64,000 nt of DNA from Octopus sinensis (GCF_006345805.1 NC_043001.1:82646001-82710000), one strand, 5' to 3'. Positions 30,591-43,678 are shown, counted from the first letter of the stretch. Made by a program: numbers and translations. The notes: generated from the letters alone by a model not told the origin.

Positions 30591-30789
30591 AGTAGTCACA
30601 AGTCTTATTAGTAAAACGATACACCTTGGAGAATAACTAAGACGTTTGTGTAAAAACTCTTGGAACCAGAAGTCTTCAAGTTTCTGTCTGCCTTCCTATA
30701 CATCTCTACATATAGACAAATCTACACGAATGCATTCATACTTCTATACACTCACATAGGTTTATTTGCATTCATATAACTATGAATGG

Positions 30790-30965
30790 GAGGGTGCACG
30801 ACTTAGTGATTAGGGTGTTGCACTCACAATTGCGAGATCGCGGTTTCAATTCTTGGATCGGATGGTGCGATTTATCTTACATTGCTCTGCAATCACTTCG
30901 ACACCTGACTTGTGGGACACCGTGTACTTGCTCAGGCAACGTCAGTTTGATGGAGGAACTTAACT
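30790..30965 (+). mobile_element. Diverged tRNA-derived SINE
   Basis: gcacgacttagtgattagggtgttgcactcac...cggtttcaattc gives A-box and B-box-like motifs. Confidence 0.5.
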
Positions 30966-31382
30966 AATGTCCAGCACATACGTTTGATCGCTATAAGCAA
31001 ATCATTTGTGCAGTTCATACAGCAGGAGATATCAGAATCGTCTCTTTCGGACTACGAGTACTGCCATCATTTTTCATCTATGAATGGATTTTTACAAAAA
31101 AGTAGCTACATAATCTTTATAGTGTGTTCAAACCCTGAAATTATATATATATTGCTACAACAAAAAAATATATCTTTTACTGGAGGAAGTTCATAAAATG
31201 TTTTCATTATTTTTTTATTTTTGCAGAACGTTGAGGTTTTAAAAAATGCTCACAGTGTTTAGATATTGAGTAATAGCAGTTTTTAAGGACCTTGAATTAT
31301 CTAGTCTTGAATATTAGGTTTAAAGAAAGATGGAATGGTCACAATGTAACACCTTTCATTGTAGATTTACTAGATTATAACA

Positions 31383-31598
31383 TTTTTTATTGCCCACAAG
31401 GGGCTAAACATAGAGGGGACATACAAGGACAGACAAATGGATTAAGTTGATTACATCGACCCCAGTACGTAACTGGTACTTAATTTATCGACCCCGAAAG
31501 GATGAAAGGCAAAGTCGACCTCGGCGGAATTTGAACTCGAACGTAACGGTTACGCATTTCGCCCGGCGTGCTAACGATTCTGCCAGCTCGCCGCCTTT
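31383..31598 (-). mobile_element. SINE family B monomer with tail 1
   Basis: ttattgcccacaaggggctaaacatagagg...ctgccagctcgccgcctt. Confidence 0.92.
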
Positions 31599-32964
31599 TA
31601 CTAGATTATAACTGACGTGGAACTAAGCAATAATGTTGTCTTAATTTTTCAAGATATTTATTAGTCATTCATAATAGGCACACGAGGTAATGAGAATCAA
31701 AATAAAGATGTGTACATTTATTTTTAACACGTAGCATTCACTGCGCGTTTTTATCTGCGATACGCCTTTCGTTGTACAGGAATGTTTTAAAAATAAATCT
31801 AAACAACTTTATATCTAAGTCACACATTGTTTTAATCTGATTAAATCAGTTTATTTTATCATTACAAATGCTTTTACTTTTGTCATTAATTTGAAACACT
31901 TTTGCAATTTAAACTTTTTTTTAAAATTGATTGGTTTGAAAAAAATTTAATTTCGTTAAAGGATTCCTAAAAATGCATGTAAATGGAATAGAATGAAATT
32001 CCAACAGATAATTCATTGGAAGAACTTATATTATTTTTATCAAATCTGATTCGTGAATGAAAAAGATTTTCATTTCCCGTTGTTGATACTCTGTCAAATT
32101 GAAAATAATGTTTTCTGCAGAAAAATTAACTTTCTCCGGGGTTTGAACACACAACAAAGATTATGTAGCTGCCTAATATAAAAATAAAATTGATTCATAA
32201 ATATATGCATGTTCCTATACATGTGTGAATGCACAAATGTGCAAATTCAATCATACATAATTTCTGCATGTGTGGAAGCGTGTACAATGGCAGAGGAGAG
32301 AAAGTTGGGAAGTGAAAAGATACAAGTGATGAGCCTCTAGACATGACAAAAATACATTGTTCCTAAAGTCAGATTTTAATATCAGCTTTCAATATCATAT
32401 TTAAATATGGCGACGTCGATGCGAAGGTTGCTCCGTTTCGTTAAATGTCATATTTCTCCACTATTGTTAGTGAAATCATCATCTCCGCCCCACCACCAAC
32501 AGCAAATAGTTTCTAATGCTACTACAGCAACTAACTTTTATAATTTTTTTATGTATCTTGTGTGCGAAGAGGAAGAGTGTTGCTGGCGGCCCATGGGGGA
32601 AATCTATTATGAAAAGACTGAGAATTATAGTAAGAACTGCATGAATAATAATGAAGCATAATGAGTTGTGTATATTGCGAAAATGGGAGGAAACGGATTT
32701 CCATGAAGTCACATGTCCGTAGAAGGAAAGACGACATGTTTGAGGCAATTTTGCAGGAACTGAAACACAGTTAATGTCAGTGAGACGGGTACAGAGAGTC
32801 ACTATGGTAACGGCAGAACAAGACCAGAAGAGATAACAGTATAATGATCTGTGAAAGCGTGAAAACTTTCATTAAATTACATTTTACTCGAGTAGATTAT
32901 TTTCTCTTTACTTGAGGGCTACCAATGCAATGTGTCTCATTCCAGATAGAATATTAAGCAGTGG

Positions 32965-33105
32965 ATTAAGCTGAGTATCCTATGAATTCCGGGTTCAGTC
33001 CCACTGCATGGCACCTTGGGAAAGTGTCTTCTACTATAGCCTCAGGTTAACCAAACCTTGTGAGTGGATTTTGTAGACGGAAACTGAAAAGAGCCCGTCG
33101 TATAT
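32965..33105 (+). mobile_element. SINE family A, partial
   Basis: ccgggttcagtcccactgcatggcaccttgggaaagtgtcttctactatagcc. Confidence 0.85.
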
Positions 33106-33181
33106 ATAGATATACATATACATACATACACACACACACACATATATATATATATATGTGTGTGTATGTGTGTGTGTGTGT

Positions 33182-33262
33182 CACAACGCCCGGTCTGGGA
33201 ATCGATACCGCGATCCTATGACCGCGAGTCCGCTGCCCTAACTACAGGGCCATTGCGCCTCC
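33182..33262 (-). mobile_element. SINE family D head
   Basis: Reverse complement ggaggcgcaatggccctgtagttagggcagcggactcgcgg. Confidence 0.85.
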
Positions 33263-33263
33263 A

Positions 33264-33365
<102 letters not shown>

Positions 33366-33380
33366 CATATATATATACAC

Positions 33381-33456
<76 letters not shown>

Positions 33457-33486
33457 AGAAGGTTGAAAAGTAACACACGAGATATG

Positions 33487-33682
33487 TATAAGGAAAATAG
33501 AACAAGGTAGATAACGCTAAAAAGATTTTTATCATGAAGAACATTTTCGTACCGGTTTCACTTTTTGCGACTTTTTCAAGCATGAAAAAAAAATTAAATT
33601 GAGGAAAAATTAAATGAAATGTTTTTTAAAATATTTCCATAGTTTTCTAATACATGGGACATTTTCCCTCTCTCTCTCTCTC

Positions 33683-33767
<85 letters not shown>

Positions 33768-33996
33768 TTTTGTGAATGCTCGGCAGGTAGGTAGTAGCAG
33801 TTCTGAGATAGAAAAAAGGAAAATTTCTGTTGTATTTGAAGACTATGGAAATATTTTACAAAACGTCACATCTAATTCTTCCGCAATTTAATTGTTTTTC
33901 AAGTTGAAAAAGTCGCAAAGACTGAAACCGGTGCTAAAATGCTTTTTATGATAAAATTATTTTAGCATTTTCTACCTTGTCCTATTTTCCTTATAT
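33487..33996. mobile_element. Fold-back element: ~180-bp arms around (CT)n, each arm with a U3:A8-variant hammerhead motif
   Basis: Arms ~33487-33665 and ~33805-33996 are reverse complements; the right arm reads TTGAAAA-AGTC-gcaaa-GACT-GAAA-CCGG-TG at 33904-33933. Confidence 0.85.
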
Positions 33997-34150
33997 ATAT
34001 GTATATGAATGTTCAATTAGAGGTTAAATAAGCCTCATTGAGGGATAATAATATCCCATGAATTTACTGTTTTCTTAACTATTATTTATTTTGAATTTTA
34101 GATTTAATATTCAAAACTAGGTCATTAATCCGAGGTTTATATTTATTTAA

Positions 34151-34534
34151 GAAAAATAAGAAAATAAAGATAAATCAATTACTAATTATATTTATTAATT
34201 ACAAACATAGACATAACCGCTGACATCTGTTTCGTTTCAGGCTTTAAAAATTAATTAAAATACTTAAATTATTATAAAGTTGAATCTCGTTGGAGGTAGA
34301 AAAAAGATATACCATTACATTTTTATATTTTTATGTGTTAAGTGTTAACATATAAAAATATAAAAATGTAATGGTATATCTTTTATCTACCTCCGACGAG
34401 ATCCAATTTTATAATGATTTAATTATTTTAATAACCTTAATTAATTTTTAAAGTCTGAATCGAAACAGCTGTCAGAGATTATGTCTATTTTTGTAATTAA
34501 TAAATATTATTAATTTATTGTTTTCTTATTTTTC
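34151..34534. mobile_element. Fold-back element (~190-bp arms, 3-bp spacer) with a hammerhead-like motif in each arm
   Basis: Axis tgttaa-gtg-ttaaca at 34336-34350; right arm ccgacga-g...tgaatc-GAAA-CAGCTG-TC at 34393-34473. Confidence 0.85.
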
Positions 34535-34547
34535 TGATATATATATA

Positions 34548-34589
<42 letters not shown>

Positions 34590-34591
<2 letters not shown>

Positions 34592-35950
34592 ATTGTTTGT
34601 TTTTGATTTTGTCGACTACATAGTGTAGTAGGGTCAGTTGAGCACCGTCTGTGAGAAAAACAGCGCCATGACGCAATTCACTCTGCCAGGAAACGACACG
34701 TACTGCTTGGCATTCGCGCTGGGGGCTTCAATACGAACATTTCAGAGTGTTTGGGTGTCAATCTGAAGACAGTGCAGAGGATTCGGAAAGAATTGGATGA
34801 GTCTGTTGATGATTACAAGGTACGGCAAGTCGGAAAACTCACTCTGATCGTTCTGATAAGAAAAGAACTCCTGAATTTGTTGGTGAGATCCAAGCTGTGA
34901 TTGACAACAATCCCTCCAAGTCAATTAGATCCATCACCTTGACATGGGATTGTTTGAGTTTCTTATCAGGTAGATAGTGCCAATTTTTATCCCAAGCCAT
35001 CAAGGACAAGAGGAAAGACTGCACTACGAAGCTTTTGAATATATATTGTATATAAATAAAAGAGGCAGGCAACAGGTTGCTTAGCCACATATCGAAAAAA
35101 TTAGAAATAGCAGTCAAAGACTGTTTATTTCTATTTTCTACAAAAGAGACTCCACATACGACATATCCCTGTAATTCACATATGCAAAAAATTACTATAT
35201 TACTAATTGGAATATTATATTAGTATATTACTCTTATTATATTAAAAACCATTATATATATATATATATATATTCAAGCATCCCCTCCAACCGAACATGC
35301 TTTGGTTTTCTCAGACAAGAAAAATTTCTACCGGGATCAGATGGTGAACATACAGAACAATCGTTGGCTTGCCGTATCCCCACCGAGAGTGATAAAAATC
35401 AAACATCCAGTCAACATCATGTTGTTTGGAGTGATCACTAGTGATGGTAACGTTATGCCCCCATTCATCTTCCAACATGGCCTCACACTCAACGCGGAGG
35501 CCTACATCAAGTGCCTGGTAAAGGTAGTGCTATCCTGGTGAATGAAAAGGGTGGCTGTTGGAAGACCCTATATCTGGTAACAAGACTCTGCACCATGCCA
35601 CACGAGCAGGAGAACCAAGTCAGATAATCTCTGACACTACATCACCCCTAATATCAGGCCACTTAACTCCCCAGGCTGCAAACCCCTGATTACTATGCGT
35701 GAAGGGCGCAGTTGTAATACCAAAGATGAACAGAAGGCAAGGATTATGGCAGCATTCACCAACTTAAACAAGGAGAGCGTCCAGGAGAGTTGCAGGATAT
35801 TCCGAAGCCATATGGAGGCCGATTTTTAAAAATAAATTTACTATTTAGTATTTCAAGATATTTTAATGCAATTTTGGTAAATATATCTGTTAAAATGAGA
35901 TGTCAGTATTATTTTTCTTTTTCGGTAATTTAGACGACAATTACGACATA
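34590..35950 (+). mobile_element. maT/DD37D-type Tc1-mariner remnant, with a ~235-bp TA-bounded insertion at ~35040-35272
   Basis: FSDKKNF, KHPVNIMLFGVITSDG, QDSAPCH and a degenerate NSPDCNPLDY motif. Confidence 0.85.
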
Positions 35951-36143
35951 TGCACACGTACATACATACATACATGAATACATACATATATATACTTGCA
36001 TACATACATGCATATATAAATGCACGCATACGTACATACATACATACATGCATATATAAATGCATGCATACATACATACATACTACATACATACATACAT
36101 ACATACATACATACATACATACATACATACATACATACATACA
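35945..36143. repeat. (TACA)n tract, probably the tail of the 36146 element
   Basis: Direct reading. Confidence 0.9.
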
Positions 36144-36145
36144 TG

Positions 36146-36693
36146 GTGGCTGCCCCCTCGTTATCGAGTATGGTCATTGCACGAAGCTTAATCAATGTTA
36201 TTATCATGCAATGCCTGTGAAAGAAGATTTTTTTAAAGTGAGGAAAGGCTGTGCACTGAGTCAATCTCAATCACTAAGCAACAGCAGCCATAATCCGAAA
36301 AGAAGAACAAGTCAACATCATCGGTAACCACTGACCCGCAGGTTTTATGTCGGAGTTATCCCAGTTACTTGAGTTTCCTTCTCCTAGAAGGATGCCCTAA
36401 CAAAGGCTAGGAGTCCTTCACTCCCAATGGTTTACCGCGCGATCGGGTTTTCAGTCCGATTATTTCTATGCGCCCACGCATGATACAGCCTTAAGACATT
36501 TATTGGATGGTCGTTGACTCTCAAGAGTTCCTCTGCCCTTTGACGGGTTTTGCTTTTCATCCCGCAGGGTGTCCAATAAACACCCTCCTCACCAAGCAAG
36601 CTTGGTGGGGGTCCGGTTTAGTCGCCGACGACCAGACCATGCAACAGGTTGTACTGGGTTACATGTTACCAGTAGCACTCAAACATGACCTGA
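36146..36693 (-). mobile_element. Non-coding retroposon with an (ATGT)n tail and an RTE-5'-UTR-like block
   Basis: 36146-36462 aligns with 56244-56561; minus strand has gggcatccttctaggagaaggaaactc, recalling RTE 5' UTR motifs. Confidence 0.6.
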
Positions 36694-36858
36694 CATATGC
36701 ATATATATGCATATATATATATACATATGCATATATATATATACATACATGCATACATACAATCATATATATATATATCCATGCATAAATACATGCATGC
36801 ATATATAAATACATATATGCATGCATACATGCATGCATAAATATATATTCATATATAC

Positions 36859-37256
36859 AGGCGCAGGAGTAGCTGTGTGGTAAGTAGCTTGTTTACCAAC
36901 CACATGGTTCCGGGTTCAGTCCCATTGCGTGGCACCTTGGGCAAGTGTCTTCTACTATAGCCTCGGGCCGACCAAAGCCTTGTGAGTGGATTTGATAGAC
37001 GGAAACTGAAAGAAGCCCGTCGTATATATGTATGTGTGGGTATATGTTTGTGTCTGTGTTTGTCCCCCAACATCGCTTGACAACCGATGCTGGTGTCTTT
37101 ATGTCCCCGTTACTTAGCGGTTCGGCAAAAGGGACCGATAGAATAAGTACTGGGCTTACAAAAGAATAAGTCCCGGGGTCGAGTTGCTCGATTAAAGGCA
37201 GTGCTCCAGCATGGCCACAGTCAAATGACTGAAACAAGTAAAAGAGTAAAAGAGTA
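36859..37256 (+). mobile_element. SINE family A, full length and young
   Basis: Intact head, CORE-like block, 3' region and (AAAAGAGT)2 tail. Confidence 0.97.
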
Positions 37257-37823
37257 ATATGCATGCATACATGCATACATGCATACATACATACATGCAT
37301 ACATACATGCATACATACATGCATACATACTTGCAAGCATACATATATATTTATATATGCATGCATATTTACATACATGCATGCATACATAACACATGTA
37401 TACATATATCATTGCATAATACATGCATATATATACCTACATGCATACATGCATACACATATGCATATATATACATACATGCAAGCTTACATATATATAT
37501 ACATGCATGCAAGCTTACATATATGCATATATACACACATACATGTATACATATAAATGCAAACATACATGCATACATTCATGCATATGTACACGCACGC
37601 ATACAGACATATATATACGCATACATACATATACATACATGCATACATACAAATGTGCATGGATACATAATACATGTATACATATATCAATACATACATG
37701 CATGCAAACATACAAACATGCATGCATACATAATACATATATACATTCATGTATACATATGTGGACGCATACATGCATGCATGCGTAAATACATACATAT
37801 GCATGCACGCATGCATACATACA

Positions 37824-37856
<33 letters not shown>

Positions 37857-37920
37857 TTGTACATACATGCACGCATACATAGATACATACATTCATACAT
37901 ACATATATACAAACATATAT
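37257..37920. repeat. Degenerate (TACA/TGCA)n tract
   Basis: Direct reading. Confidence 0.9.
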
Positions 37921-38252
37921 GAAGGCGCATGGCTTAGTGGTTAGAGCATCGAACTTACGATCGCGAGATTGTGAGTTCGACTCTTGAACCGGGCTGCGTG
38001 TTTTGTTCTTGAGCAAGTCACTTTATTTCACGTTGCTCCTGTTCACTCAGCTGTAGAAATGAGTTGCGACGTCACAGGTGCTAAGCTGTATCGGCCTTTG
38101 CCTTTTCCTTGGATAACATTGGTGGCGTGAGGAGAAGAGGCCGGTATGCATGGGTGACTACTAGTCTTCCATAAATAACCTTGCTCGGACTTGTGCCTGG
38201 GAGGGTAACTTTCTAGGTGCAATCCCATGGTCATTCATGACCGAAGGGGGTC
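37921..38252 (+). mobile_element. SINE family C (tRNA-Lys-like head; probably the octopus OK family, not verified)
   Basis: gaaggcgcatggcttagtggttagagc...gttcttgagcaag...catgaccgaagggggtc. Confidence 0.92.
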
Positions 38253-38859
38253 CCAGCAACATACATATAACAAAAAAGGCTGCCACGTGACAGTTAATCT
38301 CTCTGTTAGTGGGTGAATAATTATTAGAATAATTGAGAGGTGACATGAAACTATTGGTACCAGTATTAACACCAGTTATTCATTTAGTATCCCTCAAGTA
38401 GTACAAACGGTTCAGTGAAGTCCCTCATGAAGCACAATCAATTCATTTTTGGCCCCTATGTAGCATACTGACTCCCATTACCGTAAAAGAAAAAACACCT
38501 ATGTTCGGTTCCAGTATTATAAATGACAGCCTCGATATGTGATCAATATGTGTAAATATTTGTTCAAAACATGTTCGATTAATCTGTTATATCAGTGTAA
38601 GACAATCTGGTACGTGATTGTCTAGTCCTGATTCCCGAGTTCGATATTTTATCGACTTAACTAACCAATCGTTACGTTTTTTTAATTTTTTTTTTTTGTC
38701 TTGTTTCGTTGTTTTGTTTTTGTTTATCAGTGACAGGAAGTACGAATCTAATACTATTTGTAGAGAGAGAATCGATGGTGTTGTCTGTGGTTGGATTTGT
38801 TATCGGAATAAGTTTCAGTTGACTTTGGTTGAAAAACACGGGAAGAAAACGATGTTGAG

Positions 38860-39175
38860 GAGGAGGAGGAGGAGGGTGATGATGATGATGATAATAATAG
38901 AGATAATGATGAAGATGATGTTGATGATGATGACTATGTTGATGGTGATGATGATGATGAGGGGGAGGAGGAGGAGGAAGATTATGATGACAATAATGAC
39001 GATGATGATGAGGAAGAGGAAGAGGAGAAGAAAGACGATGACGATAAGAACAATGAGAAGGAGTTTGGTGATAAAGATGTTGATGATGATCATGATGATG
39101 ATGACGACGACGGCGACGATGATGAGATGGAGAAGGAGGAGGGTTATCATCATCATTATCATCATCATCAGCTTC
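38860..39175. repeat. (GAT/GAG/CAT)n trinucleotide mosaic
   Basis: Direct reading. Confidence 0.9.
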
Positions 39176-39479
39176 ATCGTCACCAACGTATCGATGAGGC
39201 CCACAGCGAAGTACTATGCTTACAATAAGAGCTCAGAAATGTTCGTTACATCCAGTCCAATACTATATAAACATCTTGTAATAAGGAATTTGATGACGTT
39301 CCGAACTAATGGTTTCAAATTTTGTTACAGGGCCAGCAAGTTCGGGGCAGAGAATAAGCCGATTACATGATTACATCGTTTTCCCGTGCTCAACTGGTAC
39401 TTATTATAATATTATAATATCAACAATAATTCCTCTGAATCTATCATGTCTCTCCTTATCTTAACAAAGTTGCCATGTA

Positions 39480-40382
39480 AGACCAGATGCATTTCGGCCT
39501 TTTGGGTGCCTACTCCCAGCCAGGATCAAATGAACGAAACATTTACTACTGTTGCGAATAGTCGTCCGGTATACACAATTAAAACAATTCTCGCTGACCT
39601 CTGACTGGACGAATTCTTTTCTCCTCGTTTTTATTGCACTTTTAACACGGCACGTCCATAAAATATATTATCGCAGGACAATTACTGAATTTTGGAGGGG
39701 AAAGGAGAGTCATGAAGATGACCCAAGGTCCCGACGTCTTACAAATGCCAACACCAAAGAAAATATTGATTGTGTTCACTACAAGGTGATGTACGACAGG
39801 TAATTGGCTATACATCAAATAGCCAATGCTATTTGATTTATATCCTGTGAGAGAGTTGAGAATATTCTGCTCAATGAACTTGACATGACGAAGGCTTTTG
39901 ATCGGTGAGTGCTACGTCTGATACTTGATCAAAAGCGCACCAGGCTAATCACACATCATGGGAAAGTCTGACATTGTTAAAGACAGGTCCAGCTGATTTC
40001 TATCAACGTTTCCTGACTAGGAATGAGTTTGGTTTCATCACTTTGAGTCAGAGATAAAGAGGTAATCCATACAATGGAAACACGCCTCCTCACCTGCTCC
40101 AAAGAAAGCCAAGGTCGTTTCACCCTTCCTATTCTCCTTTTGGATTCATCATTTGTTCCCCAGCATGAAACAACACTTGGCTGGGAACCAGAACCGCAGT
40201 GATGATGACATCATATTTGTTGTTGATGACTTTTTTTAGCTACAGGATAAAAGATACTTCACCAATGGGATCCAAGCACTGTAACACCGATGGAAGAAGT
40301 ATGTGAACCGCAATAGATTTCATTTGGTAACATTCCAAGAGAGTATCTTCGTCAGCCTATGAACTTTTCAGCCTACACTCGT
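39480..40382 (+). mobile_element. mariner remnant, same family as 11290-12180, internally deleted
   Basis: GKESHEDDPRS, QIANAI, KRTRLITS; 3' TIR aacttttcagcctacactcgt. Confidence 0.88.
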
Positions 40383-40384
40383 TT

Positions 40385-40562
40385 GTTCCCTATCACTTGA
40401 CAACTGGTATTACTTTCTTTATGTGCCCGTAACTTAGCGGTTCGGCAAAAAAAGGCCGATACAATAAATACCAGACTTTAAAATAAGTACTGTGATCGAT
40501 TCGTTCGACTGAAAACCTTTAAGGCTTTGCCCCAGCATGATTGTAATCCAGTGACTAAAATA

Positions 40563-40565
<3 letters not shown>
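40385..40565 (+). mobile_element. SINE family A, 3' half
   Basis: cccgtaacttagcggttcggcaaaa...gccccagcatg. Confidence 0.8.
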
Positions 40566-40654
<89 letters not shown>

Positions 40655-40657
<3 letters not shown>

Positions 40658-40968
40658 GGCGCATGGCTCAGTGGTTAGAGCGTCGAGCTTACGATCGTGA
40701 GGTTGTGAGCTCGAATCCCGGACCGGGCTGCGTGTTGTGTTCTCGAGCAAGGCACTTTATTTCACGTTGCTCCAGTTCACTCAGTGCCAAGCTGTATCGA
40801 CCTTTGTCTTTCCCTTGGATAACACTGGTGGCGTGGAGAGGGGAGGCTGGTATGCATGGGCGACTGCTGGCCTTCCATAAACAACCTTGCCCGGACTTGT
40901 GTCTAGGAGGGTAACTTTCTAGGTGCAATCCCATGGTCATTCATGACCGAAGGGGGTCTTTACCCCTT
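40655..40968 (+). mobile_element. SINE family C with a short internal deletion
   Basis: Near-identical to the reverse complement of 61455-61796 except for loss of the gtagaaatgagttgcgacgtcac block. Confidence 0.95.
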
Positions 40969-40987
40969 ATATATATATATATATAAT

Positions 40988-41037
<50 letters not shown>

Positions 41038-41038
<1 letters not shown>

Positions 41039-41200
41039 GGCAGGTGCGGTTGGTGGTGTCAAGCTTACTTCCCAATTACATGGTTCCAGGTTCAGTTCCA
41101 CTGCCTGGCACCTTGGCAAGTGTGTTCTAATATAGCCTCGGACCGACCAAATCCTTGTGGATGGATTTGATAGATGGAAACTGAAAGAAGCCCGTCGTAT
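41038..41200 (+). mobile_element. SINE family A, 5' half
   Basis: ggttcagttccactgcctggcaccttggcaagtgtgttc...gaaagaagcccgtcg. Confidence 0.85.
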
Positions 41201-41263
41201 ATTTATATATATATATATGAGTGCATACACACACACACACACACATATATATATGTATATATA

Positions 41264-41324
<61 letters not shown>

Positions 41325-41429
41325 ATATATATATATGCTCTCAATTGTGTAACTGCTGTTTTCGTGTCGTATTAAATAATATTAAAATAATACTAGAACT
41401 ATCACACACCCCCACTTCACCTCGCGCAA

Positions 41430-43000
41430 TTAGTATTACTACCATCACCACCACTTCAGTCAATATACTACTACTGCTGCTGCTACTGCTGCTGCTGCTA
41501 CTACTACTATCTTTATGAACAGTACAAACCACTCCACTCCCATCGCCATCAACATTGTGACATATAGCCAACACGTCACCACCACCACTGCTAAAACTGC
41601 CAGTTTCACCATCAACAATACTCCTACTGCTAGCATCATCATCATCACCACCACCAACAACACCACCACCACCACCACCATCACCACCACCACCACCACC
41701 ACCACCATCACTTTCACTATTCCTTAAAATAAAAATCGCTAAGACATCCACCGCAGGACTACCAACACCACCACTATCACCACTAAAACATCGTCACCCC
41801 TGCGCCACCAGCACCACCACCACCACCACCACCCCACCTCCACCAGTGTTACCGTCAGTGCCATCACCACTAATATCACCACCAGCGCCGCCACCACCAC
41901 CACCACCACCGCCACCTCACCGTCATCATATCACTACCACTATAACTGCAGTTATCAAACCTACCTTCTCTATCACTACCAGTCCTGCCACCAAATCTGC
42001 TCCCACCACCACCACCACCACCACTACTACCACTACCACAAACCTCCATCTCTCCAGCGTCATAGCAACACTACTACTGTAGTACCACAAGCAACCGTAC
42101 CTTCTGTTTCGCCATCACCGCTACCACGTTTTTTTTTTACCGCCAACAATAGGAACAACAAAAACGAGTGATTTTCCCCTTTTTTTAAGAATGTCATGTG
42201 TTGAGAATGTGAGGATTGGGTGGTGGGAAGAGACTGGTGGTGGTAGTAGTGGTGGTGGTGGTGGTGGTGGCGGTGGCGGTAGTAGTGGTGAGGAGGTGAT
42301 GGTGGAAAGGAGCACACAAATAAATAAATATCACCCCCCACATACCATATTACCAGTACCACCAACACCACCTCTGCCAACACCACCACCACCACTACCA
42401 CCACAACCACCACCACCACTATCATCACCGCCACCGCTACCACCATCTTCACACCTACCACCATCACTTCCTCCACCACCACCACCACCACCACCACCAT
42501 CATCACTCACCTCTATCGCCACCACCAACCCACTACTATCAGCAGCACCACCAACACCGCTACCATCATCATCATGCACTATCACCACCACCACCACCAC
42601 CACCACCACCATTACCATCACCACCACCACTACTACTATCGCCACCACCACCAACATCCCTATCAGCACCACCCCCATCAACACCACCACCACCACCACC
42701 ACTACTACTATCGCCACCACCACCAACATCCCTATCAGCACCACCCCCATCAACACCACCACCACCATTACCACAACCACCACTACTACTATCACCACTA
42801 CCACCAACATCCCTATCAGCACCACCCCTATCAACACCACCACCATCATTACCACCACTACCATCACCCCCGCCACTACTACTACTACTACTACTACTAT
42901 CGCCACCAACACCAACATCCCTATCAGCACCACCCCCATCAACGCCACCACCATCATTACCACCACCACCCCCATCACCACCACTAGTATTATTTGTAGC
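41430..43000. repeat. 1.6-kb (CAC/TAC)n mosaic with an inverted (GGT)n patch and a 4-copy higher-order repeat
   Basis: accaacatccctatcagcaccaccccc at ~42650, 42722, 42803 and 42911. Confidence 0.9.
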
Positions 43001-43137
43001 ATATCTGGTTTATCTCGAGATCTAACTTGTCGGAACTGCGACTGGGCTCGATATATCAAAAATAGACTTTATGACTTGTTGAAGCATGCAACAGACGGGT
43101 TTGTCCTTTACATTTCTCTTTGACTCCTCAGAGAAAA

Positions 43138-43170
<33 letters not shown>

Positions 43171-43499
43171 TAATTAGTCACGTGACTAAAGTGTCATTAA
43201 GTGCGAGCAAGCTGCTGCTTACGGATCAAATAGGTTCCGTTAGCGTTACATACATACATACATACATACTTATACACACACACATACGCACACATCATGC
43301 ACAGAATATTTCTGTCGGGTAGCAACTTAAGCCAGCCACCCGAATCAAGGAGAGAAGAGAAAAGAATATGCTATATGTGTACTTGTGTGTGTTTTTAGTT
43401 GTTTTCTCGGAACCGTTCGAGCTTCATAAAAAAAAAAAAGAAGAAAAAAACGCCCTTCGGCATTTATTGTGGTTGTTTTTCTTTTGTTTTATTTACTTT

Positions 43500-43678
43500 C
43501 GGTGGGGTGGAGGTAGGGGCAGGGGGAGCGTTCCGAGTTTACATTCCACCAAGGTCAACTTTGCGTTTTCATTCCTCTGAGGTCGATAAAATGAAACGCT
43601 GATCTACTTTTGGGTGTTGGTGATATCGATTAACCTTCTTCCTTCGAAACTGTTATCCTTTGGCCAAAATTAGAAGCA
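43500..43678 (+). mobile_element. SINE family B, old and diverged
   Basis: ccaccaaggtcaactttgcgttttcattcctctgaggtcgataaaatg. Confidence 0.65.

Noticed and set aside
32407-32661. ORF starting MATSMRRLLR, like a mitochondrial transit peptide
   Set aside because: No convincing splice donor, CpG-rich promoter context or recognisable downstream domain.
38618-39370. 250-aa ORF with Met/Arg-rich middle
   Set aside because: Held open by (GAT/GAG)n repeats; the flanking residues resemble no family I recognise.
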